Position numbers and translations under genes: made by a program. A DNA stretch of 59,305 nt, counting the filler, from Fonticula-like sp. SCN 57-25 (lineage: Eukaryota): the NCBI GenBank assembly GCA_001724245.1. It is 8 parts of 8 records of this genome, joined end to end, with 100 filler letters (N's around TTAATTAATTAA, not from the genome) between each part and the next. Parts side by side here need not be neighbours in the genome. Positions count along the whole stretch, not along the records: positions 1 to 6,974 come from MEDX01000405.1; positions 7,075 to 16,801 come from MEDX01000406.1; 6 more parts are not named here. One strand, given 5' to 3'. Shown here piece by piece: positions 1 through 12,200 of the stretch (position 1 is the first letter of the stretch; each line of letters starts with the position of its first letter). The notes beneath the pieces are model-generated. The model saw only the letters and a program-made list of their open reading frames with translations. It ran no database searches and had not been told where the DNA came from.

Positions 1-75
1 ATTACATATTAATGCATATTTATTAGTTTAGTGTGCATGACATAAACATAAAATTGATAGTAATACAAAACTGTC

Positions 76-3000
76 TTACGTAAACGGCAGAATCCTTATC
101 CTCTTTGGCGTCGGCGGCGCACTTCCCTCGACATCGACGACACTCCCCGGCGTCCCCACCGAGATCGGCGAGCTCGCCTCTTCCGCCTCTGCCTGCTGCT
201 TCTTCCTCTTCCCCTTTGGCGACGCGGCTGCCGTTTCCTTTGTTTTCGCCTCGCCATTGACCGCCCTCTGCCTCTTTTTCTTTGCCACCGGCACTTCATC
301 CTTGCTTTCCTCGCCCTTGCGCTTGTCCGCCGCCGCCTGCTCGCTCCTCTTCACCATCTTTTCCTCGAGCTCCTTATCGTCCAATAGCAGCGACACAATC
401 TCTCTCCCTGACCTGAAATCCTCCATTCGAAACTGCCCGCCCTGAATGACCACCTTTTGAATCTCATTCTTTTGCTTGGCGCGCATTACAATCCGCTCCT
501 CAATCGACCCCTTTGTGATGAGCCGGTAAATAGTCACCTGCTTCTTTTGGCCGAGGCGGTGCACGCGGTCCATCGCCTGCTGGTCAACGGTCGGGTTCCA
601 GTCGCTCTCGAAAAAGACGACAGTGTCGGCGGCGGTCAAATTGATGCCGACGCCGCCAGCGCGCGTGCTCAGCAGGAACACAAAAATGTCATTGCGGTTC
701 TGAAAGTCGTTCACCATGTCGCGGCGGTCCTCAATCTTGGAAGAGCCGTCCAGGCGAAGGTAGCGGTAATTGCGGTAGCGCATATAGTCTTCAAGAATGT
801 CAATGATGCGCGTCATCTGGCAGTAGATCAGCACGCGATGGCCCTCATTCATGAGCTTGGGAAGAAGGCGGTCAAGGGTGAACAGCTTGCCGCTGTCATT
901 GATAAGGTCCTCTGGGTCGGGCACGGCCACAAACGAAAGTCCGCGCGGGAAAAGATTCGACTCGAAACCGCCATTGGAAACGACATCGGCGCCTTCAACG
1001 AGCCACTCGCCGCGCGCGTCCAGCGGCACAGAACGCACCGCAGCGCCCTCTGAAACCGCTCCTGAAGCATCATCATTTGAATCATTTACTGCTTTTCTGG
1101 CGGTCAATTCGATGCGGCCGTCGCGCAGGACCGACGCGAGCGGGTCGAGCGACGCCCGCAGCATGTCATTGGCGGCGGCGCGGTCGTGGCAGCGCACCTG
1201 CGGCAGCGACGCGATGGCCGCCGGCCGCACAAACGACAGGAACCGCTCGGCAAAGCAGCGCTCCTCGTCAAAGGCGCGCGCGCCGACGCGGCACAGCTCG
1301 GCGAGCGCGCCAGTGCGCTCAAAAGTAGCATTGTGACGCGCGTCCTGCCACGTCGGAACGACACACAAACGCGCGTGAGGGCGGTCATATTCGCCGCCGC
1401 TCTCGGCGGAATAGCGCGCGCGCGCCTGCGTCTTTGCCTCTGTCGCCAGATAAATCGCCCACTTTTCGAGCAGCGACGCCGCCGTTGCAATCGAAGCAGC
1501 CTCGGCGGGCGACATGTCGCACAGTCGCAGCACGGCCGGCACATTCTCCACATCCCACAAGTCGGCAACTTTCCTCGCGTCGCGCTCCCCCACAGCGAGC
1601 ATCTCGCGGTAGACGAGCTTTGGCAGGTCAAACCCGACCGGCGCGTCCGGCAAAGGCCTTATTGCCGCGTCGTCTGTCCGCAGCGCCGACGGAATGTAGC
1701 GCGACATTGGCAGCAATCTCATTGGCTCCTCTGCCTCCTTGCGCTCAAACAGCTCGGGGTGGTTGCACACCTTGCGGAACTGCATCACGAGGTTCATGAG
1801 GTGCTTTACGTTCTCGTCCGACATCAGAGACGATTTCTGGAGCAGCTCAGAGACGGAAATCTTGGCGCGCACGCCCTGGTACATGCGCCGCTGGCGGGCC
1901 GACATGACGCACGGCACGTCAATCTCAATCTTTTCGCCGAGCTCGTTCTCGACGTCCTTTTTCACGCGCCGAAGCATGAACGGCTTGAGGATCATGTGCA
2001 GGCGGCTGAGCTGGTGCTGGTCGAGCTTCTCGCCTTCGCCGGTCACGTGGCTCTCAATGTCCTTGGAGAACCACTCGCCAAACTCTTCGTGCGAGTCAAA
2101 CAGCGTCGGCATGATAAAGTGAAGCAGCGCCCACAGCTCCTGCATCGAGTTTTGAATAGGCGTGCCGGTAAGCAAAAGACGATTGCGGCAGTTGAATTTC
2201 AATAGAATGTTCCACCGCTGCGACTGCGAGCTCTTGAGCGCCTGCGCCTCATCAAGAATCATGTACTGCCAGCGGATGCGGTTAAAGTACTTTTCATCCG
2301 ACACGACCAGCTGGTAGCTCGTGATGAGCACGTGAAAGGCAGCGTCGCGGCCATACAAGTGCTTGGCATTCCAAAACTTGCGCAGCACCTTGCGGTCCTT
2401 TTGGCTGCCCCAATAAGGAACCACCTTGAAATCGGGCGTGAACTTGGTCAGTTCCTGCTGCCAGTTGTGCAGCGTCGAGACGGGCGCGACAACCAAAAAG
2501 GGGCCCCAAATGCCCTGCGTTTCGGCAATGTGCGCAAGCAAAGAAATCGACTGAACAGTCTTGCCGAGACCCATCTCGTCGGCGAGAATGCCATTGATGC
2601 CTTGCTCGTACAGATTGTTGAGCCACGAAAGGCCTTTGAGCTGGTAGTTTTTGAGGTCGCAATGCAAAAGTTTCGGCTGAGTCAGCATTGACTCTTCGCT
2701 GAGGCCGGAAGGGGCGGAAAAGTCAAGGCCGCTGTTGTCAAACTGGTCCTGGTTGAGCTTTTTGTTGCGGACGCCAGAGGCGTGGTGGCTGGAAGCTGCG
2801 GCCTCATCAAAGTTGCGGACGCGAGCGTGGTTTGCAGCGGCAGCTGAAGAGGGAAATGTCAGATCAAGAGGAACAGTGAAGGATTTCAGTCATCAATACC
2901 ACTCAACATCACTCAATACCACTCAACACCATTCAATACCACTCATTCAATACCACAAATAATCATCATCAATACCACTCTTTCAATAATACTCCAATTA

Positions 3001-4485
3001 ACGCACCGGCCTCGGCATTCTTTTGCGCCTCTGCGCGAATGGTCGCCTCGTCCATCTTGTCAAAGTCGAGCTGATTTGCCGACATTCCACCGGCGGACGA
3101 CAGCTGCGCAGCCGGCGCCAACTTGCGCTGAATAAAGTGACCATAAAGCTCCGTCTGCGTGATGAGGAAATTGAGCTTTTTCTGCTGCCGACGCGCCTCA
3201 CGAAGCTCCTCCTCTTGCTTGCGCCTCTCAAGCTCCTCCTTTTCTGCCTTCTTCCTCAAGTCACGCTCGTCGCGCTCGTTCTTCTTCCAGAACGAAAGCA
3301 TTTCGCGCATGATCTTCTTGGCCTTGAATGGCAGTTCCTTGTTCTTGCGCGCCGCGATTGTCGGGTACTTTCTCGCCTCGCGCGCGCAGTGCTGCGCAAT
3401 CTTTTTGAGGTTTCCGACCTTGTTTTGCGAGTTGACTTGCATCGCCTTTGCCGCGCGCATCACATCACGCTTGACAAAGTTGACCCACGTCTTCTTTTGC
3501 AGCTTCTCGCTCATCGTGGCGGGCACTTCGAGGCGCACCTTGAGCGACACCTGCGCGCCGCGGTTGCTGTCCTCCATGCGAGCGGCATACGCAGCGCGCT
3601 CATGCTCGCGAAGCTTTGCCCACGTGCCGCTGTACTTTACCATGCGGCGCTCGACTTGGCTCGCGTGGCGCGCATTGTCGGTTTCAAGCACTTCGACCTG
3701 CCGCCGCCACCGCTGCTTGACATAGTCAAACAGGTCGGACGGCGAGTACGGCGCAATTGGGTCGCGGTTCGTGGCGACTGTCGGCTCGCCAGTGAACAGG
3801 TCAGGCTCAACAAAGTCCTGCCAGAGGTGCTCGCGGTAGCCGACGGGCCAGTACGTGTACATGTGGGGCTCGTGGCGGCCGCCTTCGGCTGCACGCTCGG
3901 CGTCGACTTCGCGCTTGATCTCGCGGTACCAGTCGATCGGCTGCCGCCGCAAAAAGAGAACGTCGGGCTCGCCGTCTGCCGCCGACGCTGACGGCACGTC
4001 CTTTTCATTCGCCTCTGCCGCGACGCCGCCGTTCGCCATGAGGACGGGCGTCGGGTCGATCGCGGCATCGTCCTGCGATGCGCCGTGCTCCTTTTCGCGC
4101 TCGCGCTCACGTTCACGTTCGCGCTCGCGTTTCCTGCGCTTGCTCTTCTCCTGCGCAATCATGTCGTCAAGTTCGAGCTCGTGCGCCACCTGGTGATCGT
4201 CAAAGAGGCGCGATTGGGCCAGCGCGTCCGTTTGGAAAAAGTGCTCGAGCCGCGCATGGTAGTTGGGGCTGCCGGGCAAAGGGTAGCGCTCGCGGAGCCG
4301 CGCGCGCTTCTGCGCCTCAGCCGCGGCAACTTCATTGTGCTTTTGGCGCTGCTGGACCTGCTCGAGCCGACGCGATCGCCGGCCATGGAGACCGCCACTA
4401 CAGAGGGGAAGCGATTAACTTTAGCCAAACCGAGGCCAAACCAAAAGGGGAAATCGTACATGTCATCGTCCGCGAAGCCGCCCAT
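76..4485 (-). CDS. INO80: INO80 chromatin-remodelling ATPase (SNF2 family, DBINO domain), 3 exons
   Basis: DBINO motif (EELREARRQQKKLNFLITQTELYGHFI) in 2969-4279. SNF2 motifs GILADEMGLGKT, DEAQ, TGTPIQN and QAMDRVHRLGQ with a split helicase in 76-2688. GT-AG introns at ~4399-4459 and 2844-3006 join the ORFs in frame; ATG at 4485 (MGGFADDD). Confidence 0.95.
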
Positions 4486-5013
4486 GCCGCGCTATTCAAC
4501 AAAAAAAAACAAGGCGCGTTAGCCCGCCTGCAGTCAGCGAGATCGCCCACACGCACCTCTACGAGCGTCGACTGCTGCATTGGCCTCCCGTCCATATAGG
4601 ATTATATTGTATATGCACCCCGCCTCCGAGGTAGCTCCAGTGGCCTAGGCCGCCACGCCGATCAACCGCGGACGACGGGATAACCCGCTTGGGTGCAAAT
4701 GTGCGGAAGGAAAAAAGATCGAGGTCGCGCGTCAGCACCCAACAAACCCTCTCGTCGGCGACACTAAACGACGCCCTTTTCCTTTTTCCCTTTTTCCGCT
4801 TCCCACCCAAAGAGCAACGTTGGTCGGCGGCAAACTTGCCAGTTTGCACGTACAGTCATCAATTTCCATTTTTGGTAATTGGGACCGGCAAAACGCGCCA
4901 GTTTGCACGCACAGTCATCAATTGCCTTTTTCAGCTACGTGACGTCATACACAAGGCCAGAGTCCGGGGCGGATTCCGCTGTTCGCCAACTGCACCTACG
5001 ATAGAACGTCGGC

Positions 5014-5798
5014 ATGTCGGGGACAATGCCTGCGAGCCTCCGGGCCTCGCTTGATACGGGAGACGAGGACAGCCGCATGGCGCTCAACCTCAAGGTCATG
5101 CGGAGACAGCACTCTACTATCGAGCGGATCGTAGAGACGTTTTCGCACGCGACGCTGTACAAGCTCGATGAGACGCAGGGCAAGTGGGTGCGCGGCTTCA
5201 GGCAGGCTTGCCTTTCAGTCGTTAAGACGCTTGGTATAGGAAGGACCCGTGGGCAGCGGCCCTTTTTTCATTTTCAAGAGCACTCAGGCTCCGCATTTTG
5301 GCATCTTTCTGTTGAACAGCAAGGGATCTGACAATTTGTGCGAGTACATTTACGACGACATGGACATTCAGTTTGCGGACCCGTACGTGATGATGCGGCA
5401 AGCGTCGGGCGAGATCATCGGCATTTGGTTCTCGGACTCTAAGGAGGGCTCTCGCCTCGCGGCGCACCTCACCAACCTGGCGACGCCCGCGGGCCGCGAG
5501 GCCGCCCTCAAGGAGTTTGCAGCGGCCCCCGCCCCTCAGCAGTACGTCCCCCAACCTCTCGCCCTTGCCCTTTGTCTCACTATGTGTCCAGACCCGCTCC
5601 CGCCGTGAACGGCTTTTCTGTTGGCAGCGGCGCCCTTGGCGCGCTCTTCACCGCCGCCATCTCCTCGCCCGTCACTTCCCCGCCGATGCCCGCCGCCGCC
5701 GAGCCGGCCGCCGAGCCCACCCCCAAGCCCGCCGCCGAGGCCGCCCCGAAGCCCGCCAAGGCGTCGCCCAAGCAGGCCGGCGCGTCCATCATTGCCGC

Positions 5799-5843
<45 letters not shown>

Positions 5844-6252
5844 GAAGCCGGCCGCCAAGGCGCCCAAGTCCGAGTCAAAGCCCGCTGCTACTTCTACTGT
5901 TACTCCTGCCGCTGCTGTGCCTGCTGCGCGTGCTGCTGTTGCTTCACCTGCTGCTGTTGCTGCACCTGCTACTGCCCCTGCCTCTGCTACTTCTCCTTCT
6001 GCCACTTCGCCCGCTTCGCCGTCCAAGGCCGCTGCTTCCTCTGTCGCCGGCGCCTTCCCCGTGTCGGACGTTGCCGGCCGCGTCGCCAAGCAGCTCGCTC
6101 TGTCGGACGCGTCGGCGGGGCCGCGCGGGCCACGTGGTGCGCCGCTGCTGAACAGGCAGGACTTTCGCGCTGCGCTCGTTCAGCTGCTCGAGTCGGACGG
6201 GTCGTTCTTGGATGGGCTCTACGCGTCGTACATGAACGAGGCGCTCTCGTAG
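5014..6252 (+). CDS. DCP1: mRNA decapping factor DCP1 (EVH1 domain, low-complexity linker, C-terminal trimerisation domain)
   Basis: ALNLKVMRRQH...HATLYKLDETQGKW and GPFFIF...GIFLLN...IIGIWF match the Dcp1 EVH1 domain. C-terminal LLNRQDFRAALVQLLESDGSFLDGLYASY resembles the DCP1 trimerisation domain. Introns at ~5188-5239 and ~5543-5591. Confidence 0.88.
5800..5841 (+). repeat. Perfect (CAG)14 microsatellite encoding polyglutamine in DCP1
   Basis: 42 nt of uninterrupted CAG, in frame with the DCP1 linker. Confidence 0.95.
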
Positions 6253-6442
6253 AAGTGAAAATTAACGCATATTTGTTCATTGTTTGCAATTGATGATGGG
6301 AATACATACCAAAATGATGACAATTCGGCTGTATTAATATCCATAAGGCATGTCAAAGTATCACAGTATGAGAATGTCTATTGAAATGTTGAAGGGAGAA
6401 ACGTAATTATATAACAATTGACTAACATAATAAGGAATTTTC

Positions 6443-6974
6443 TCACCGCTGCGTCTGCGTGCGCTCAACCACTTGGCCGTTCACCTCGACTGTCCTTGTC
6501 TCGATGCCATTGGCGTCGCGCTCCGTCGTGATGGTCGTTTTTTCGCCGTTGCGAATCGTCGTCCTGGTCGAGCGGGACACTCCCTGAAAGCCGCCGCCCT
6601 GACCCATGTCGTCAGTCGGCATCATGCCGCCAAACATGCCGCCGCCCAGCATCGGCCCGAACCCGCCAAAGAGGGTTGGCGGCATCTGATCCTGGCCCCA
6701 CGGCGACATTGGCTGCCCGTCCTGCGGCGAGCCCCACGGCGGCTGCGGCGCTCCCCACAGCGGCGACGTGTCAAAGAACTGCTGCACCATTGCCGCGAGG
6801 GGATCCTGCGCGGCATGATGGTGCGGCGTGTTCATGCCCTGAGAGTGGAAAAAATTGTCGAAGGCGGGGCCGAATTCGCGGCGGAACACAAAGTACGGGT
6901 CGTGGAACATTGGGCTCGGCGGGTGCCGCGAAAATGAGCCGTAAAAGCCCTGCTGCGGCGGCGGAACGCCGTCA
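6443..6974 (-). CDS. DNAJB6/B8-like J-protein, C-terminal part (5' end cut by contig edge)
   Basis: FHDPYFVFRREFG resembles the F.DP..VF.EFFG motif that follows the J-domain. G/F/M-rich linker, then SRSTRTTIRNGEKTTITTERDANGIETRTVEVNG resembling the DNAJB6 beta-sheet CTD. Confidence 0.65.
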
Positions 6975-7074
6975 NNNNNNNNNNNNNNNNNNNNNNNNNN
7001 NNNNNNNNNNNNNNNNNNTTAATTAATTAANNNNNNNNNNNNNNNNNNNNNNNNNNNNNNNNNNNNNNNNNNNN
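6975..7074. other. Artificial contig-joining spacer (N44-TTAATTAATTAA-N44)
   Basis: Identical 100-nt spacer with stops in all six frames; recurs seven times in the window. Confidence 0.98.
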
Positions 7075-9121
7075 AATGTACCGTAGCCGTGAGTGCCGCC
7101 GTCATAGTAAGCGGGGTTTTGGTCAAAGCGGGCGCGCGTCGTCACCGAATAGTGCTAAAAATACCATATTAGAGACAATATTTATATCAAAAAATAAGCA
7201 ATTTTATATCAAATTCGTACCTGATCGGCGACGAGGATGAGCGGCGTAATGCGATGATGATTACGGTAATGATACCTTTCCAAAACAAGTTCACTTTCCG
7301 ACGCGTTTTCCTTCTTGTAAATGTCGTAATTGACCGCATTGGCGCTCAGATTCGCATAGACCGCATCAAGCGCTATCAAACCATATCAGAAAATACTGCA
7401 ATTTGATTGGTCAAGCAAAGGTCGTACCGCCCTCGTTGGGGATGATGGCCGTCACCGGCGACCAATCAACGATCGTCACAGTGCTCATATCGATGACGTC
7501 ATCAAGGAAGATCATGTGCGATTGGGTCGTCTGCGTCATGCCGTGATCGCCCGTGATGATGATGTCAACCTTGCTGGTGCGGCCAAGTGTCTCAATGCCG
7601 TCAACAAGGCGCTTGATTGCGTCATCAACTTCCTTCATCGCATTATCAACCTGGCCACGTGGTTAGAACAAAGGCAAGAAATAGAATGAGAAAGAGCAAA
7701 AACATTGATTTTCATTGGCTAAAGAGGGCTTTTCATTGGCTGGGAATTGCAAACTGAACGATTCCCATAGGCTATTCAACACATCCCATTGGCCATTTAA
7801 CGCTTTTCATTGGCCATTTCTTTCCTTTCCCTTTCAATTTCACTTTCACTTTCACTTTCAGTTTCCCTTTTCCTTTCCCGCGCACCTCAACCGAGTCTGG
7901 CCCATACGAGTGCCCCGCCGTGTCAACACCCTCAAAATAGAGCGTGATAAACTGCGGCCGCTCTCCACTATTGAAACCGAGCCACGTGAGCACTTGGTCC
8001 ACGCGGGCAGTGGCCGCCATAGAAGAGTCATATGGCATAAAGTAGGAGGGGCGGATGCCTTGGATGGGCGCCTCGGAGCCGGGCCAGAACATGCAGGCGG
8101 TCTTGAGGGAGTTGAATTCCATCGTGTTCCAGAACTAAATATTACGGTAAGATTACGGTAAAGTTACGAGGGAGTCACGTGTATAATACACAATAATGAC
8201 CATGTGGATATATATGGGTTACAACACACATAAAGCATAATATGTAAGATGAGGCCATATGGACCATTGTAAGACGGCAATCAAAATATGAAACATGACA
8301 GACATGAACATCACATGTAAATCAACCACGTGGCCATGTATCATGCAACAAAACCACCAATTTCCACGTGGACAGTCTCAAAAAGCCTCTCATTCCACTA
8401 CACGCGACACTCGACAACCCACGTGTAAAACGTACCGGTTCGCCGCCCCACCAGCTGGCATCGGTGATCGCCTCCTGGTTGCTCAGCGAAAAGTGCTCGT
8501 CGGTGATTGGGTCATACATGGTGTTGGAGACGATGCCGTGGGACTCGGGGTAGAGGCCTGTGACTATGGTGTAGTGATTCGGGAAGGTCTTGGAGGGGAA
8601 GGACGGATGCATCATGGTCGTCGAGACGCCACCAGCCGCTACGAAGAATGAGTAAAGAGGTAAAAGGCAATTGAAGCGTAAGCATAATAAAGGTAAAAAT
8701 TGCTTATAGAACACAAACTGGAATGAAATGACTGCCAGATCGACATCGGGACTCGACATCGGAACTCGCGGGATCCCTTCCGACCGACCCGATGCGTACC
8801 GATGCTGCTGATCGTCGGCGTGATGTTGCGGTAGAGGTAATCGTGCCTGAACCCGTCCAAAGAGATCAGAATGAGAGTCGTGTCCATCTTGCGACGCGAG
8901 GCACCCACGATCAGGACCACAACAACCACGACGATGACAAGGAAGAAGATTACAATCGAGATGCCCTTGCTCTTACGGTACCATGGCGTCTTCTAAACAA
9001 TGAAATATAGACGCGTTAACGGGATCTGTGTGGATATCAAGCAAGGTACCTTGGTATTCGACAGGAGGTCGTCAGATTCGTCGAGCAGCCCGTCGTTCGA
9101 GATCGCCTCCGACGGCATCAT
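7075..9121 (-). CDS. Ectonucleotide pyrophosphatase/phosphodiesterase (ENPP, type I phosphodiesterase), type II membrane anchor, 3' end truncated
   Basis: Motifs ILISLDGFRHDYL, PSFPSKTFPNHYTIVTGLYPESHGIVSN, WWGGEP, FWPGSE, LYFEGVDTAGHSYGP and IITGDHGM lie in successive exons. A hydrophobic helix precedes the catalytic domain. Confidence 0.92.
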
Positions 9122-9282
9122 GTCGTCTCGAGCCACAACAGACTCGTCACGTGACGTGTACAACTCGATTCCCAGAATCTGCCCTAAACCAACTTAAATC
9201 CACCCCTGATTCTGCCCCAAACAAGTTCCTGTCATCAAACGTCTCTCCCCCTGGCGGCGGCGCCGACCGAGGCCTGCCTCCG

Positions 9283-12200
9283 ATGGGAATCCCAAAGTTT
9301 TACCGCTGGCTCTGTGAGCGCTACCCGCTTGCTTCTCTCCCCGTGAGCGAGCACGACGCGCCGCCCTTTGACTCACTCTACATTGACCTGAACGGCATCC
9401 TGCACCCGGCCGCGCATCCGGATGATGACGCAATCGCCGTGGGACCGCATCGGCCGGAACACTTGATTTACGTGGCAGTATTCAACCACATCGACCATAT
9501 CGTACGTCACTATAGCCATGTGTGAATGTTGTAAGTGAAAAAGGGATGTTTTACCAAACGACCGGCCATCATCGTGTGCCTCTACCTCCTATGAACATTC
9601 GTATTTGGAGGTCGCCCTTTGCCTTAACCACCCTCTAAACACTCCTCTCTGTGTATTCACTCTCTATTTGATATTTAGTTTCGTCTAATTCGGCCGCGAC
9701 GCCTTGTCTTTATTGCCGCGGACGGCGTCGCACCCCGCGCCAAGACCAACCAACAGCGCGCTCGCCGCTACGCCGCCGCCTCTGCCGCCTCTTCCTCTGC
9801 CTTTGACTCGAATGCCATCACGCCCGGTACCGCCTTTATGGACCGCCTCGGCGCTCACATGGCGTACTACATCAAGGCGCGGCTGCATGTCGACCCAGCG
9901 TGGCGCGGCGTCACGGCGGTGTACAGCGGGTGCGACGTGGCAGGCGAGGGCGAGCACAAGATCATGGAACACTTGAGGGGAAGGGTTGGTGAGGCAGCAA
10001 ATGAGGGCATTTGTATATACGGGGCGGATGCGGTACGTGGCGCGGGGTGATTGATGGGAATATGTGTCTTTTCTGACACACTCGTAGGACCTAATTCATC
10101 TTATGCTTGCTTCGCATCTTCCCCGCATCGCCGTCCTCCGCGAAGATGTCCGCCGTGGCCGCTCCGAGTCCCTCTTTCCCTACTGCCGCTACCAACTCAT
10201 CACCGCATCTGTCCTGCGCGACTATATCGAAAAGGAGTTTCTTTCCCACGTGGCCACATCATCCAACCTTGAGCAAGTCATTGACGATCTTGTTTTGCTG
10301 AGCTGCTTGGCGGGAAATGACTTTTTGCCCACGTGTGCAAGTCTCTACATTGCCGATGGCGGGATGGATGTACTGTTTGAGGCGTATAAGCGCCACATGT
10401 CGGGTGGGGGAGGGCCGCTGAATAGGGCGGGTGTCGTGGACACGTGGGCGTTGGGGATGCTTTGTGGGGGGCTGGCGATGCAGGAGAAAGAGTTTGTTGA
10501 GGGGCGGGAGGCGAACATTCACGCTTTTAGAAAGGAAAAGGTACGTTGTGTAGCATGGAACGCAATGTGTCGTTGATTTCTTGTTTGCATCATTATGTCC
10601 ATTGTTGTGCAATATCATAACTAAATGCCCATTTTCTGATAGGAAATGAGAGGCGAATCGACTGAAATCGCGGTCGAAATTGCCGAATTGGCCTTTGATA
10701 TTTCCTATTCTCGCCCCTGTAAGCAAAAACTGCTTACCATTGACGACAAGCAGTACATTTTGACTCCTTCCCGCCTTTTTTTGCTCTGCGCTCTCCACGA
10801 ATATCTTCGCAGTTCATCCCCTTTTCTCCACATTCACCCCGCCATGCTGCCACAGCCCGGTGACGCCGACTTTGTATGCGCCATGGCAGAAGAAGCCGGC
10901 CTTGATGTTGAGCACTGCGACGGCGGTGCACTGCGCATTGACCGTGGTGAAATGGACGTTCAGTTTGCGGGGCTTACTTTGCGATCTTTTTGGGACATTA
11001 TTGGTGCAGAGCAAGAGAGTATTGTGGTCAATGCGGCCGCCGATGACTATTTGCTAAAGAGGGCGGTGTATTATATGCAGCGGTTTGATAATGTTCATCC
11101 GAAAAATGCACACAGTGTCGCACAAGACTACTTTAAAGGTGCGAATATTGCGCTTGTTTTTGTTGCTAAATACGATTGTAGGTCTTCAGTGGGTTATGCA
11201 CTACTATTATGGCGGTGTGCCATCGTGGGAGTGGTACTACCCGCACCACTATGCCCCGCTGCTCGTCGACATGCACCATGCAGCAGCGGCGATGCGAACT
11301 AGCAATCAATTTGCGTCATCATTTAATATGGGAGCGCCTCTGCCACCGCTCGTGCAGTTGCTCGCCGTCCTTCCGCCTTTATCTGCTCAGTACGATAATT
11401 GGCTTATACTCGTATATTGCTGACACATCACAAGTTTGCTACCAGCGCCACTTCAGGCGCTCATGACGGCGTCTGATTCGCCGTTACAGCGCTTTTACCC
11501 CGCGTCGTTCCGCGCCGACCAGAACGGCAAGATCGCCGACTATGAGGCAACCATTCTGCTTCCCTTTGTGGACATCAATGCGCTGCTTGACGCTGCGATG
11601 CCAATTATAAGCACACTGTCTGCGACTGCACAAGGCAGTACAATGACGTACATGTACAGCAAGGGTGCGGCAGTGGCGAATGAGGCGCCGCACGCGTGCT
11701 ATGAAAAGGTGTCACCGGTAAGTGTGAATGTGCGGCCGTGTTTTGTGAGCAGTGGCGGGAAGCGGTTTGGCGGGCTGCCGCGCAACGCAAAGGTGCGCTT
11801 TTACTTCAAGTTGTTTTTGCTGATGATGTGCAGGTGGAGTGGCCGTGGCGCGATAGGTTTCCCACAATACGACATGTGAGTGCGACTGCGACGCTGAAAT
11901 GCATCGGCGCAAAGATCTTTAACCGCGAGAGCAGGAACGAAAGGCGCGTCATTATTGATATTTTTTTCCTTGCTGACATATGTGATACAGTTTGGCGCTG
12001 ACGATACAATGGGACGCTGCTGCCAATGAATCAATCGATGCCAGTGTGTCGCTCCTCGGCCGCTATGTTTGGGTTGGCTTTCCCCGTTTTCTTGTCGGCC
12101 GCGTGTCGTACATTTTGCGAGCGGAGGGCCGCTTTGTTCCATCCTTCTCCAATGACACGTCATCAGTATATGATGTGGAATGGCACACGCCCGAGAGCCG

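Noticed and set aside
4611-4700. tRNA-like segment (GTAGCTCCAGTGG A-box-like, GGGTGCAAAT B-box-like) bounded by a 10-nt imperfect inverted repeat
   Set aside because: I could not build a cloverleaf; there is no TTC T-loop or acceptor stem. Likely promoter sequence between INO80 and DCP1.
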